A program made the position numbers and the translations under genes. This document shows positions 50,217 through 60,452 of a stretch of DNA of 64,000 bases, piece after piece. The notes beneath the pieces are model-generated. The model did no database searches. It was not told the origin of the DNA and was given only the letters and a program-made list of their open reading frames with translations. Each line of letters starts with the position of its first letter. Position 1 is the stretch's first letter. Origin of the DNA: Alphaproteobacteria bacterium (GTDB taxonomy: Bacteria > Pseudomonadota > Alphaproteobacteria > MPNO01 > UBA830); NCBI GenBank assembly GCA_964291215.2, contig OZ219790.1:1024001-1088000 (forward strand), given 5' to 3'.

Positions 50217-52343
50217 TCAACTCTCGATCAGCGAGAAATCTCCAATCCTGTCGACCGTTGCCCGGAACCGGGATAGCAGGCGCAGGCGGTTTGCGCGCAG
50301 GTCCAGATCTTCGGCGTTGACGGTGACCTCGTCGAAAAAGCGGTCCACGGGCGCACGCAACCCGGCCATCGCCTTCATCGCGTCGACATAGCTGCGATCC
50401 GCGATTGCAGCCGCGGCAGCTGCCTCGGCAGACGCGAGTTCCCTCGCCAGCGTCAACTCCTCGGTCTGGACCAGGTTCGCGTCGTCGATCTCCCCGTCGT
50501 GGGACGCTCCGTCCTTGCGCTCCTCGATGGAAACGATATTGCCGGCACGCCGGTGTGCCATCAGCAGGTTCGATCCGTCCTCCGAAGCGAGGAATTCGGC
50601 GAGCGCCTGCGTGCGCGCAACAACGGCGAGAAGGTCGTCGTCATCCCCGTCCGCAAAGGCGGCGGCGACATGATCATGGCGCATGCCGCGGTCGCGAAGA
50701 TGAACCTTCAGCCTGTCGGTGACGAAGCTGAACAACTCCTCGATCCAGCCTGCATCCTGCAGCACCTCGGCGCATGGGTCCGCGGCAGCCGGATCCACCG
50801 CGCGAGTCTGTTCGACGACCGTGCGACACAGCGCGCGGAACGGCAGATGCAGCTGGTTTTCGAGGACCAGGCGTATGATGCCGAGCGCCGCGCGGCGAAG
50901 CGCATAGGGATCGCGAGACCCGGTGGGCGTTTCGCCAATGGCGAAGAATCCGGCAAGCGTGTCCAGCCTGTCGGCGAGTGCGACGGCGACCGATACCGGC
51001 GCCGTCGGACAGGTGTCGCCCGGGCCAGCGGGCGAGTAATGGTCACGGATCGCGTCGGCCACGACTTCGTCCTCGCCGTCATGGAGCGCGTAATAGCGGC
51101 CCATGACGCCTTGCAGTTCGGGAAACTCGAACACCATGTCGGTCGCGAGGTCGGCCTTGGCGAGCCGCGCCGCGCGTGCCGCGGCGTCGGCATCGCAGCC
51201 GGGAATCGAATCGGCAGCAGCACGCGCCAGCCTTTCGATGCGCGCCGCCTTTGCGGCCATCGTGCCGAGCTTCTCGTGGAACACGCTGTCGGCGAGACGG
51301 TGGAGACGGGATTCGAGCGGCGACTTGCGGTCCTGGTCCCAGAAGAACTGCGCGTCGGAGAGCCGTGCGCGCAGGACGCGCTCGTTGCCGGCGACGACCG
51401 CCGCGCCGCCATCCGGGGTGTCGATGTTGGCGATCACGACGAAACGCGGCGCCAGCCCGCCATTCCGGTCGAGAAGGGAGAAGTACTTCTGATGCGACCT
51501 CATCGATGTCGTCAGGACTTCGTCAGGGACATCCATGAACGCCTTGTCGATCCTGCCGCACAATGCCACCGGCCATTCAACAAGCCCGGCCACCTCGTCG
51601 AGCAGCGCCTCGTCCTGACGCAGGACGAGGCCCTCGGTGCGGGCCAACCCGTCCAGGCTTTCGCTGATCATCGCCTTGCGCCGGTCGCGCTCCAGGATGA
51701 CGTGGGCATCAGCCAATCTGCTTCGGTAGTCGGCAAAATCGCTAACCGCAAAGCGCGCCGGCGAGAGAAAACGGTGCCCCACGGTCTCGTTGCCGCCGGT
51801 GGCGAATTGGGGCTCCCCTGCGTCGTTGAACGCCGCCGGCGTCGCGACGCGAAGGGCAGTTCCGTCGAACACGCACATGACCTGCTGGAGCGGCCGGATC
51901 CATCGTCCGCGGCCGCTGCTCCAGCGCATGGATTTCGGCCACGACATGCGTCCGATCGCGGCCGCAAGCAGCCGCGGCAGAATGTCCACCGCGGCCTCCC
52001 CCGTACGTTCGAGGATCGTGAACAGGAACACGCCCTTTCCAGTGTCACGCTCCTCGCACTGCTCGCGCGCCACGCCGCAGGACTTCAGGAATCCCTCGAT
52101 CGCACGATCGGGCGCTCCGACCCGGGGTCCCCGCCTCTCCTCGCGCAGGTCGGGCTGGCGCTCCGGAACTCCTGCGACGACCACGGCGAGCCGACGGGGC
52201 GTCACGTGCGCGTCGACCGAATCATGGGCGAGTCCAGCCCCGTGCAATTCCGAGGCGACAAGGCGTTTCAGCTCGTCGGCGGCGCGCGCCTGCAGGCGCG
52301 CCGGAATTTCCTCCGAGAGAAGTTCGAGCAAAAGTTCGGGCAT
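50217..52343 (-). CDS. glyS: glycine--tRNA ligase beta subunit
   Basis: LLELLSEEIPA, TPRRL, WPKSMRW, EFPELQG, GSRDPYALRR. Confidence 0.98.
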   Translation of the reverse strand: MPELLLELLSEEIPARLQARAADELKRLVASELHGAGLAHDSVDAHVTPRRLAVVVAGVPERQPDLREERRGPRVGAPDRAIEGFLKSCGVAREQCEERDTGKGVFLFTILERTGEAAVDILPRLLAAAIGRMSWPKSMRWSSGRGRWIRPLQQVMCVFDGTALRVATPAAFNDAGEPQFATGGNETVGHRFLSPARFAVSDFADYRSRLADAHVILERDRRKAMISESLDGLARTEGLVLRQDEALLDEVAGLVEWPVALCGRIDKAFMDVPDEVLTTSMRSHQKYFSLLDRNGGLAPRFVVIANIDTPDGGAAVVAGNERVLRARLSDAQFFWDQDRKSPLESRLHRLADSVFHEKLGTMAAKAARIERLARAAADSIPGCDADAAARAARLAKADLATDMVFEFPELQGVMGRYYALHDGEDEVVADAIRDHYSPAGPGDTCPTAPVSVAVALADRLDTLAGFFAIGETPTGSRDPYALRRAALGIIRLVLENQLHLPFRALCRTVVEQTRAVDPAAADPCAEVLQDAGWIEELFSFVTDRLKVHLRDRGMRHDHVAAAFADGDDDDLLAVVARTQALAEFLASEDGSNLLMAHRRAGNIVSIEERKDGASHDGEIDDANLVQTEELTLARELASAEAAAAAAIADRSYVDAMKAMAGLRAPVDRFFDEVTVNAEDLDLRANRLRLLSRFRATVDRIGDFSLIES

Positions 52344-52346
52344 TTT

Positions 52347-53234
52347 TCAGGCCGCCGTCCGCACTCGCGCGGCGGCGTCCAGCCAGGTCTCGCAACAGCC
52401 CCTGGCGAGTGCGCGGACGCGACCGATATAGGAGGCCCGCTCGGTCACGCTGATGGCGTTGCGGGCATCAAGCAAGTTGAACACGTGGCTCGCCTTGATG
52501 CACTGGTCGTAGGCAGGCAAGGCCAGTCCGCGTTCCAGACACCGGCCACATTCCTCTTCCGCAAACCGGAATTGCGCGAACAGCATGTCGGTGTTCGCGC
52601 ATTCGAAATTGTAGATCGAATATTCACGCTCGGCACGTCGGAAGATGTCTCCGTAGCGGACACCGCTACCATTGAAGTCGAGGTCGTACACGCTTTCGAC
52701 GCCCTGTATGTACATTGCCAGCCGCTCGAGCCCGTAGGTCAGTTCCACCGGTACCGGAGCGCATTCGATCCCGCCCACCTGCTGAAAATAGGTGAACTGG
52801 GTTACTTCCATGCCGTCGCACCAGACTTCCCACCCCAGCCCGGCGGCACCCAGGGTCGGGCTCTCCCAGTCGTCCTCGACGAACCTGATGTCGTGGCGCT
52901 CGGGCTCGATTCCGAGTGCCCGCAGGCTGTCCAGGTAGAGCTCCTGGCTGTCGGCGGGCGACGGTTTGAGAATGACCTGGTACTGGTAGTAGTGCTGAAG
53001 CCGGTTCGGGTTTTCTCCGTAGCGCCCGTCGGCCGGCCGTCTGGACGGCTGAACGTAGGCGGCATTCCAGCTCTCGGGGCCGAGCGCGCGCAGCATTGTC
53101 GCAGGGTGAAAGGTGCCGGCGCCCACCTCCATGTCGTAGGGCTGCAGGATCACGCAACCCCGGGCGGCCCAGTAGGCGTGGAGCTTCAGGACGAGGGCCT
53201 GGAAGGACGCGCCCGTGTCTCCATTGTGTGTCAT
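52347..53234 (-). CDS. glyQ: glycine--tRNA ligase alpha subunit
   Basis: [29 protein letters not shown]; start re-called at 53234. Confidence 0.98.
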   Translation of the reverse strand: MTHNGDTGASFQALVLKLHAYWAARGCVILQPYDMEVGAGTFHPATMLRALGPESWNAAYVQPSRRPADGRYGENPNRLQHYYQYQVILKPSPADSQELYLDSLRALGIEPERHDIRFVEDDWESPTLGAAGLGWEVWCDGMEVTQFTYFQQVGGIECAPVPVELTYGLERLAMYIQGVESVYDLDFNGSGVRYGDIFRRAEREYSIYNFECANTDMLFAQFRFAEEECGRCLERGLALPAYDQCIKASHVFNLLDARNAISVTERASYIGRVRALARGCCETWLDAAARVRTAA

Positions 53235-53345
53235 GCCTGCCGATCCGGTGCCACCGCGTAGCCGGATCGCAACATAGGATCCGGCCGCGCGACGGTCAAT
53301 CTCGTCCCGGGCCCTTTCTCCAGAGTGGCCGGCCGACACCGCCTG

Positions 53346-53558
53346 TCAGTTCGGGTGGGGACAGTCGTCGCGCCCGCAGCCCTCCTGTCCTTCGGCAACG
53401 TAGCTGCCGCACACGCGGCAGGCGCGGAGATCCTCGACACTGCCGGTGCGCCGCCGCCCGGCTGCAATCTGCCGCGCCTTGTTGCGGCGAATGATGATCT
53501 TGAAGCCGTACCAGACGCCGGCGACGATCGCAGCAAGGACAAGCCATTTGAGAATCAT
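53346..53558 (-). CDS. small membrane-anchored Cys-rich hypothetical protein (70 aa)
   Basis: N-terminal TM helix (LKWLVLAAIVAGVWYGF), basic linker, EDLRACRVCGSYV...CGRDDCP; RBS GAGG. Confidence 0.75.
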   Translation of the reverse strand: MILKWLVLAAIVAGVWYGFKIIIRRNKARQIAAGRRRTGSVEDLRACRVCGSYVAEGQEGCGRDDCPHPN

Positions 53559-53568
53559 GGTACCGACC

Positions 53569-54435
53569 TCACATGCGAAAGCGCTGCCAGGCCGCCCATT
53601 CGTCGAGGGCGGCGGCCAGTTCGCCAGGATCGATGCCAATCCGGATGCCGCGCCGGAACCGGGCCAGCACTCCGGACCTGACGGCGACGCGATGAAAGCG
53701 CACGCGTTCGCCGAACCGGCGCCGCATCTCTGAACGCATCTCGCCAAGCGCGTCCACGAGCCCGACCTCCAGCGCCTGCCGGCCAGTCCAGACGTCTCCC
53801 GTGAACAGCTCGTCCTCGGGCGCCCGCAACCTGCCCTTCCGGCGCTCGCGCACATGGTCGCGGAAGGCATCGAAGATGCTCTCCTGAAGTTCGCGCAGGC
53901 GTTCGACATCCGCCGTCCGTTCGTCAGTGAAGGGATCGAGCATCCCCTTGCGCTCGCCGACGGCATAAAGCCTGCGCTCGATGCCGAAACGGTCGAGAAG
54001 GTCCGGAAATCCGAAACCCGCGGAGATCACACCGATCGACCCGACGATCGAGCTCTCGTCGGCAAAGATCTCGTCCCCGGCGCAGGCCAGCCAGTAGCCG
54101 CCCGACGCCGCGACATCCTCGCAGAATGCGATGACCGGGATCTCGTTTTCCGCAGCGAGGTCGCGGATGCGCCGCGCGACCAGGGCCGACTGCACCGGCG
54201 CACCGCCCGGAGAGTTGATGACCAATGCGACGGCCTTGAGATTTCGCGCGGTGAACAGCCGGCCAAGCGCCTTCTCATAGGTCGCCAGCATGATCCCGCC
54301 GCGCCGCTGCGGTCCGCCTCCGATGACGCCTTCGAGACGCATCACGCCAACCCGCGGGGGCGGGTTGCGTAGACGCTCCACCGGCAGCCTGGCGACCAGC
54401 CGCACGATGGCGTCCTTTGTCGTTGCCCAATTCAT
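53569..54435 (-). CDS. S49 family peptidase (SppA-like)
   Basis: INSPGG, AASGGYW, VGSIGV, FTGDVWTG. Confidence 0.93.
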   Translation of the reverse strand: MNWATTKDAIVRLVARLPVERLRNPPPRVGVMRLEGVIGGGPQRRGGIMLATYEKALGRLFTARNLKAVALVINSPGGAPVQSALVARRIRDLAAENEIPVIAFCEDVAASGGYWLACAGDEIFADESSIVGSIGVISAGFGFPDLLDRFGIERRLYAVGERKGMLDPFTDERTADVERLRELQESIFDAFRDHVRERRKGRLRAPEDELFTGDVWTGRQALEVGLVDALGEMRSEMRRRFGERVRFHRVAVRSGVLARFRRGIRIGIDPGELAAALDEWAAWQRFRM

Positions 54436-54452
54436 CACAATTTACATCATCA

Positions 54453-55226
54453 TCATCTGCCGGCGACTCGCAAGGCCGCCCCGCGAAGCACCGCGTCGGC
54501 CTCCGCCGTGAACGCGCCGTCGTCCTCGTGCAGGATGAGCCCCGGAGCCATGACCGCCGGCGCGGCAGCGTCCTTGCGAGCGCGAACAATGACCCGTTTT
54601 GCCGCGACACCGGATTTCGGCCATAGCGGAAATACTGCTATCGCACCGCACCGGTGATTGAACAGCGACAGAATCCGATCAAGCCGGTCGGCACGGTGAA
54701 CGAGAGTCAGAATGCCGCCGGGCCGGGCCATGCGGTACATAAAGCCGATCCATTCATCGAGCCCTGCGCCTCCTTCCAGTCGCGCCACCGCCGCGTGGCG
54801 ACCTTGGGGAAGAGTGCTGCGGCCCTGTTCGAGATAGGGCGGATTGGCCATCACGTGGTCGAAATCCGCCTGTGCCATCACAGGCTGCATGAGGTCGGCG
54901 GCAACGATGCCAACAAACCCTGCAAGACCGTTGGCGCGGACATTCTCGCCCGCAAGCCGTGCCAGGTCCGGCTGTATCTCGATCCCGGTGACATGACAGC
55001 TTGGAACCCGCCGGGCGAGACACAGCGCCGCTGCGCCGTGGCCGGCTCCGACATCGAGAACACGGTCGCCTGCGGCGGCATCGACCGAGGCTGCGAGGAA
55101 GACAGGATCGATGGCCGCACGATAGCCGTCGACGGGTTGACGCAGACGAAGCCTTCCATCGAGGAAGCCGTCTTCCGTATAGTGGCGGTCGACGGCACCT
55201 TCGCATCGTCCGGGCGCCTCAGACAA
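54453..55226 (-). CDS. tRNA1(Val) (adenine(37)-N6)-methyltransferase family (YfiC-like)
   Basis: QPVDGYRAAID, LDVGAGHG, ANPPY; TTG start overlaps the upstream gene. Confidence 0.85.
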   Translation of the reverse strand: MSEAPGRCEGAVDRHYTEDGFLDGRLRLRQPVDGYRAAIDPVFLAASVDAAAGDRVLDVGAGHGAAALCLARRVPSCHVTGIEIQPDLARLAGENVRANGLAGFVGIVAADLMQPVMAQADFDHVMANPPYLEQGRSTLPQGRHAAVARLEGGAGLDEWIGFMYRMARPGGILTLVHRADRLDRILSLFNHRCGAIAVFPLWPKSGVAAKRVIVRARKDAAAPAVMAPGLILHEDDGAFTAEADAVLRGAALRVAGR

Positions 55227-55437
55227 TGCGGTCCCCTTCGCCGGTATCCTGCAGCAGCGCCTTGGCGCGCTCATAGTCCTCATCGGCGACCATTACGCGA
55301 CGGGCGATGGCAGCGGCGCTGCCTTCGAGAACGCTCATGTGACTGTCGAGCACGAAGGTCTCGATCAGGTCCGCGCGAAGCATGGCCTGCACCCAGGACA
55401 GGAACACCGAGTCGTTGGTTCGTACCAGTTCCTTCAT
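55219..55437 (-). CDS. DUF2007 family small protein
   Basis: MKELVRTND, LDSHMSVLEGS, RRVMV...A..LL. Confidence 0.82.
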   Translation of the reverse strand: MKELVRTNDSVFLSWVQAMLRADLIETFVLDSHMSVLEGSAAAIARRVMVADEDYERAKALLQDTGEGDRIV

Positions 55438-55515
55438 TTGCACATTGCCTTGACCGGACGGAGTCTGCCGCTATGTTCGACATCTCTGTCATTTCCGTCA
55501 AGGATTGCGAAGCTC

Positions 55516-56538
55516 ATGAGTTCCGTCGTTGACCTGAAGCAGATACGGCGGGACCAGTTCACGCCCTCGTTGGACGCGCTTACATCGCTGACCGCCCATG
55601 AGATGCGGCGCGTCAACCAGACGATCATCGCGCACATGGACAGTCCGGTGATCCTGATTCGCAAGGTCGCCGAACATGTCGTCGCGGCTGGCGGCAAGCG
55701 CCTTCGCCCGATGCTCACACTCGCCAGCGCCGACCTGTGCGGCTACACGGGCGAACGCCATATCGGCCTAGCCGCCTGCGTCGAGTTCATCCATACCGCG
55801 ACCCTGCTTCACGATGATGTCGTCGACGAAGACATGCTGCGCCGCGGCACCGCCAGCGCCAACGCTGTGTGGGGCAACAAGGCCAGCGTACTCGTCGGAG
55901 ACTTTCTGTTCAGTCGCGCCTTCGAACTGATGGTTGCCGATGGTGCCCTGGAAGTCCTGCGCGTCCTGTCGCAGGCGTCCTCGACGATCGCAGAGGGCGA
56001 AGTGATGCAGCTCATCACCGCCAACGATGTCGAGACGTCGGAGGCCGCCTATCTCGAGGTCATTTCTTCCAAGACGGCGAGGCTGTTTGCGGCCGCGACG
56101 GAAGTCGGCGCGATTGTCGCCGACGCTTCCAAGACCGAACGCCGGGCTCTCGAGAGTTTCGGATACAACACCGGGATTGCCTTCCAGCTTATCGACGATG
56201 TACTCGACTATTCGGCGCACCAGGCGGTTCTCGGCAAGACGGTAAGCAACGATTTCAGGGAAGGAAAGATCACCCTCCCCGTCCTGTTCGCCTACGGCGC
56301 CGCCGACAGACGGGAGCGGACATTCTGGCATCGAACGCTGGTCGACCTTGAGCAGGGAGAGGGAGATTTCGGCCACGCCCTCAAGCTGCTCGATCAGTCG
56401 GGCGCGCTCACGGGCACGATCGACCGCGCACGGGAATACGCCGCGGAGGCCCGGGCAGCTCTCGAGCAGTTTCCTGACGGCAGGATTCGGACGGCGCTCT
56501 CTGAGGCTGTCGAGTTCGTGGTCGAACGGTCCTATTGA
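55516..56538 (+). CDS. ispB: polyprenyl diphosphate synthase
   Basis: GGKRLRP, LLHDDVVD, FQLIDDVLD, EGKITLP; start re-called at 55516. Confidence 0.93.
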   Translation: MSSVVDLKQIRRDQFTPSLDALTSLTAHEMRRVNQTIIAHMDSPVILIRKVAEHVVAAGGKRLRPMLTLASADLCGYTGERHIGLAACVEFIHTATLLHDDVVDEDMLRRGTASANAVWGNKASVLVGDFLFSRAFELMVADGALEVLRVLSQASSTIAEGEVMQLITANDVETSEAAYLEVISSKTARLFAAATEVGAIVADASKTERRALESFGYNTGIAFQLIDDVLDYSAHQAVLGKTVSNDFREGKITLPVLFAYGAADRRERTFWHRTLVDLEQGEGDFGHALKLLDQSGALTGTIDRAREYAAEARAALEQFPDGRIRTALSEAVEFVVERSY

Positions 56539-56802
56539 GTCTCCGCGCGCGCCCCGGCGTGACCGTCAGAAGCGCAACCGCATGCCCGCCGGGCCGGCAG
56601 CCGCAACACCGGAGGCTCATGCCACGACCGAATCGCGGAGAATATCTGGCACAACTTCCGGCGATGCAGTACCTGCCCGCACGACGCCACATGAATTGAA
56701 ATGGCCGGATGTCGTCTGGACGGAAAGGTTCTGTTGCGCGGAATTCCGGGTTCGTTGGCGCGCTGAAATCACCGAACGCGCTAGCCGGCAGCCGACACTG
56801 GC

Positions 56803-56831
56803 TTGACGCGCTTCCCGGACAACGCTAGAAA
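56803..56831 (+). promoter_or_regulatory. putative sigma70 promoter of rpmB
   Basis: TTGACG-17-TAGAAA. Confidence 0.5.
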
Positions 56832-56885
56832 CCCTGCTTTCCGGGTTGCAAAGCTTCCCCTTACCTGCCTCATTGGATCGAGACG

Positions 56886-57188
56886 ATGTCCAGACGCTGC
56901 GCGATCACCGGCAAGGGTGTCATGGCCGGCAACAATGTCAGCCATGCCCACAACAAGACACGCCGCCGGTTTCTGCCGAATTTGCAGATTACTTCACTCC
57001 TCTCCGATGCGCTCGGCTGCACGGTCCGGCTCAAGCTGTCGGTCCATGCCATACGTTCGATCGAACACAAGGGCGGCCTGGACGCCTACCTGCTCAACAC
57101 GTCCGATTCCAGACTTCCTCTGGAGGCCCGTCGCCTGAAGCGCAAGATACGCAAGGCGCACGAGGCAGCCGCGGGCGCTGCGTCCTGA
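56886..57188 (+). CDS. rpmB: 50S ribosomal protein L28
   Basis: [10 protein letters not shown]...[20 protein letters not shown]. Confidence 0.98.
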   Translation: MSRRCAITGKGVMAGNNVSHAHNKTRRRFLPNLQITSLLSDALGCTVRLKLSVHAIRSIEHKGGLDAYLLNTSDSRLPLEARRLKRKIRKAHEAAAGAAS

Positions 57189-57252
57189 CATGGTCCGGAA
57201 CCGCTTTCCGGGGCAGCGGTTCGCCGTCGCAAGAAACGACCGTTCCGTTCCG

Positions 57253-59127
57253 TCAGGCTGCTTCCCGGCGTGACCGGGCACGCCCGAAAGGCAGGTTGCG
57301 TCCGTCGTCGAACAGTTCAGTCAGGCGGTCCAGCATCGTGCCGCCAAGCTGTTCAGCATCCGTGATCGTGACCGCCTTGGCGTAATACCGCGTAACGTCG
57401 TGCCCGATGCCGATGGCGGTGAGTTCGACTTCGGGGTGCGTCTCGATCAGTTCGATGACCTCACGCAGATGGCGCTCGAGATAGTTGCCGGCGTTGACCG
57501 AAAGGGTCGAGTCGTCAACCGGTGCGCCATCCGAGATGACCATCAGGATCTTGCGCTGTTCGGGGCGGACGATGAGCCGGTTATAGGCCCAGAGCAGCGC
57601 CTCACCGTCGATATTCTCCTTGAGAAGCCCTTCGCGGAGCATCAGCCCGAGCATGCGCCGGGCGCGCCGCCACGGTGCATCGGCCGACTTGTAGATGATG
57701 TGGCGGAGATCGTTGAGCCGTCCGGGATGTGCCGGCTTGCCCTGGGCGAGCCAATGTTCGCGCGCCTGTCCGCCCTTCCACGCCCGGGTCGTGAAACCGA
57801 GAATCTCGACCTTGACGCCGCAGCGCTCCAGGGTACGGGCGAGGATATCCGCGCTCATCGCGGCGACCGTGATGGGACGGCCCCGCATCGAACCGGAGTT
57901 GTCTATCAGCAGGCTGACTATCGTGTCGCGGAAATCCGTCTCCTTCTCGACCTTGTAGGATAATGGATAGAGCGGGTTTGTGACCACGCGGGACAGACGC
58001 GCTGCATCAAGGAGCCCCTCCTCGAGATCGAACTCCCACGACCGCGACTGCTGCGCGAGGAGCAGCCGCTGCAGCCGGTTGGCAAGCCGCCCGATGACGC
58101 CCTGGAGCTTCACCAACTGCTGGTCGAGATGGTTGCGAAGCCGGTTCATCTCATCGGGATCGCAGAGTTCGGCGGCGTCGACCGTCTCGTCGAATTCGAC
58201 CGTGAAGGCGCGGTAGAAGGGCTGGCGCAGGTGCTCGGGAATGCTCCCGTCGGGCCGACGGTGATTTTCGGAGTGATCGCCGTCATCGTCGCCCATGCCC
58301 GGCATCATCTCTTCCTGGCCCTCCTCGGACATGGTCTCGTCAGCGTCCTCCATCTCCATCTCGTCAGAGTCGGGGTTGTCGGCGCCGCTCATCTCGGCCG
58401 AAACGCCCTCGGTTTCCGCATCGTCGGATTCGGAATCGCTGTCCTCCTGGTTCTCGGCATCCTCGCCCTGTTCGCCCTCCTCCTGGTCGGCAGCCTCGGC
58501 GTCCTCGTCGATCAGCTCGAGATCGACAAGCAGGTCCCTCAACGCATCGGCATAGGCCGACTGGTCCTCGACCGCGGCGCACAGGCGATCGAAGTCGGTA
58601 TTGACCTTGTCGCTGACCCAGTCGCGCCACAGCCCGACCAGCTGTTCGCCTCCTGCGGGCAGCGCCTCTCCGGTCAGCTGCTCACGGACCATGAGGCCGA
58701 TGGCCTCGGCAAGCGGCGCGTCCTCGCGCACGTTGACGCGCGTATAGCCAAAGGCATCGCAGCGATCCTCGAGCGCGATCCGCAGATTGCCGGCAACGCC
58801 AGCCATCATGCGGGCGCCGATCGCCTCGACCCGGACACGCTCGAGGGATTCGAAGACCGCGCGCGCGTTCTCTCCGCGCGGCGCGCACTGCGCATGGACC
58901 TCTTCGTCGTGAAACCGGATACGGAGCGCCATTGCGTCGGCCTCGCCGCGCAGCGAGGACTTCTCGCGTTCGGTGAATTCGCGTGACGGGACCGGAAGAC
59001 GCGCCTGATTGTCGACGAGCCGTGCCTCCGAGCCGTAGACCAGGGTGAGATCGTCGCGCTCGGAGATGGCCCGCATGGCCGCAGCGGTTATCCGGCGAAA
59101 TTCCTCGTTCGGCCCGGCGTCGCTCAT
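57253..59127 (-). CDS. cobT: cobaltochelatase subunit CobT
   Basis: Acidic linker, [43 protein letters not shown]. Confidence 0.95.
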   Translation of the reverse strand: MSDAGPNEEFRRITAAAMRAISERDDLTLVYGSEARLVDNQARLPVPSREFTEREKSSLRGEADAMALRIRFHDEEVHAQCAPRGENARAVFESLERVRVEAIGARMMAGVAGNLRIALEDRCDAFGYTRVNVREDAPLAEAIGLMVREQLTGEALPAGGEQLVGLWRDWVSDKVNTDFDRLCAAVEDQSAYADALRDLLVDLELIDEDAEAADQEEGEQGEDAENQEDSDSESDDAETEGVSAEMSGADNPDSDEMEMEDADETMSEEGQEEMMPGMGDDDGDHSENHRRPDGSIPEHLRQPFYRAFTVEFDETVDAAELCDPDEMNRLRNHLDQQLVKLQGVIGRLANRLQRLLLAQQSRSWEFDLEEGLLDAARLSRVVTNPLYPLSYKVEKETDFRDTIVSLLIDNSGSMRGRPITVAAMSADILARTLERCGVKVEILGFTTRAWKGGQAREHWLAQGKPAHPGRLNDLRHIIYKSADAPWRRARRMLGLMLREGLLKENIDGEALLWAYNRLIVRPEQRKILMVISDGAPVDDSTLSVNAGNYLERHLREVIELIETHPEVELTAIGIGHDVTRYYAKAVTITDAEQLGGTMLDRLTELFDDGRNLPFGRARSRREAA

Positions 59128-59134
59128 CGGACGG

Positions 59135-60148
59135 TCAGGCTGCAGTCCTGGCCAGCTTCAGTTCCGGAAGCTCGTCGCCGAAGCAGCGCTGGTAGTATTC
59201 GGCGACCGTCGAACGTTCGAGTTCGTCGCACTTGTTCAGGAACGTCATGCGGAAACCGGTGGCGATATCTCCGAATATTCTCGTGTTTTCGGCCCACGTG
59301 ATCACGGTGCGAGGCGACATGACCGTCGAAATGTCGCCGGCCATGAACCCGGCACGCGACAGTTCAGCGACGCGCACCATCGACGCGATCATCCCGCGGC
59401 CGTCCTCACTATCGTAGTTCGGCACCTTCGACAACACGATCGCGACCTCGTCGTCGTGGGGCAGGTAGTTCAGTGTCGTCACGAGGTTCCAGCGGTCGAG
59501 CTGGCCCTGATTGATCTGTTGAGTGCCATGATAGAGCCCGGTCGTGTCGCCAAGGCCGACCGTGTTGGCGGTCGCGAGAAGCCGGAAAGCCGGGTGCGGC
59601 TTGAGGACGCGGTTCTGATCGAGGAGCGTCATCTTTCCGTCCACCTCCAGCACCCGCTGGATGACAAACATCACGTCCGGCCGCCCGGCATCGTACTCGT
59701 CAAACACTAGCGCCACCGGGTTCTTGAGCGCCCACGGCAGTATGCCGTCGCGGAATTCGGTAACCTGCTTGCCATCGCGGATTACGATGGCGTCCTTGCC
59801 AATGAGGTCGATCCGGCTGATGTGGCTGTCAAGGTTGACGCGCACGCAGGGCCAGTTGAGGCGGGCAGCAACCTGCTCGATATGCGTCGACTTTCCGGTG
59901 CCGTGATAGCCCTGGATGAGGAGGCGCCGGTTGTGAGCAAAGGCCACGAGGATGGCAAGCGTCGTATCGTGATCGAAGCAGTAGGTAGTATCGAGATCGG
60001 GAACGTATTCGGTGCCCTTCCTGAAGGCCGGTATCTCCATGTCGACATCCATGTCGAAGAGTTTCCGCGCGGACACCACCGTGTCCGGACGCTCGATTTC
60101 GCCGATTTCACTAACCACTTTCTCGGTTCTGGTCTTCTTGGCTGCCAT
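59135..60148 (-). CDS. cobS: cobaltochelatase subunit CobS (AAA+ ATPase)
   Basis: [33 protein letters not shown]; start re-called at 60148. Confidence 0.96.
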   Translation of the reverse strand: MAAKKTRTEKVVSEIGEIERPDTVVSARKLFDMDVDMEIPAFRKGTEYVPDLDTTYCFDHDTTLAILVAFAHNRRLLIQGYHGTGKSTHIEQVAARLNWPCVRVNLDSHISRIDLIGKDAIVIRDGKQVTEFRDGILPWALKNPVALVFDEYDAGRPDVMFVIQRVLEVDGKMTLLDQNRVLKPHPAFRLLATANTVGLGDTTGLYHGTQQINQGQLDRWNLVTTLNYLPHDDEVAIVLSKVPNYDSEDGRGMIASMVRVAELSRAGFMAGDISTVMSPRTVITWAENTRIFGDIATGFRMTFLNKCDELERSTVAEYYQRCFGDELPELKLARTAA

Positions 60149-60452
60149 TTCCCTCATTTCCTCGGACCGGCCATTGCCGAATTGCCCCAGCGTGTTCGAC
60201 TTCATGCTTCGCTGGTCGCAAGAGAGCGCTGGTGCGATGGCCGCTGTCTCGCGGCGTCCGCACCGATCACGCCATGACGCAACCGGACTGCACGCTCAAC
60301 ACCGACAATTCGGTTCCCGGAATCCGGCCGCGTCCGCCGCCCGCACAGCGTGAGGCCCGAGCGCGAAGCTCTCGCACAATATGCTGCAGACGGCGTTCCG
60401 ATGCAAGATTGTCCGTCCGCCGCGGCTGCCGCGCGCAGACACCGCGGCGCGC

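Noticed and set aside
50499-53261. 920-aa plus-strand ORF antisense to glyQ-glyS, and the in-frame TGA-AAA-ATG junction suggesting read-through fusion
   Set aside because: Same shadow effect. An in-frame junction has a 1-in-3 chance and no recoding signal is visible.
56593-56794. 11-bp direct repeat GCCGGCAGCCG flanking 180 bp between ispB and rpmB, as a possible second MITE
   Set aside because: No terminal inverted repeats and no second copy in the window. A GC-rich 11-mer can recur by chance.
60149-60452. Possible cobalamin riboswitch upstream of cobS
   Set aside because: No B12-box or GCAACTGT-like core found.
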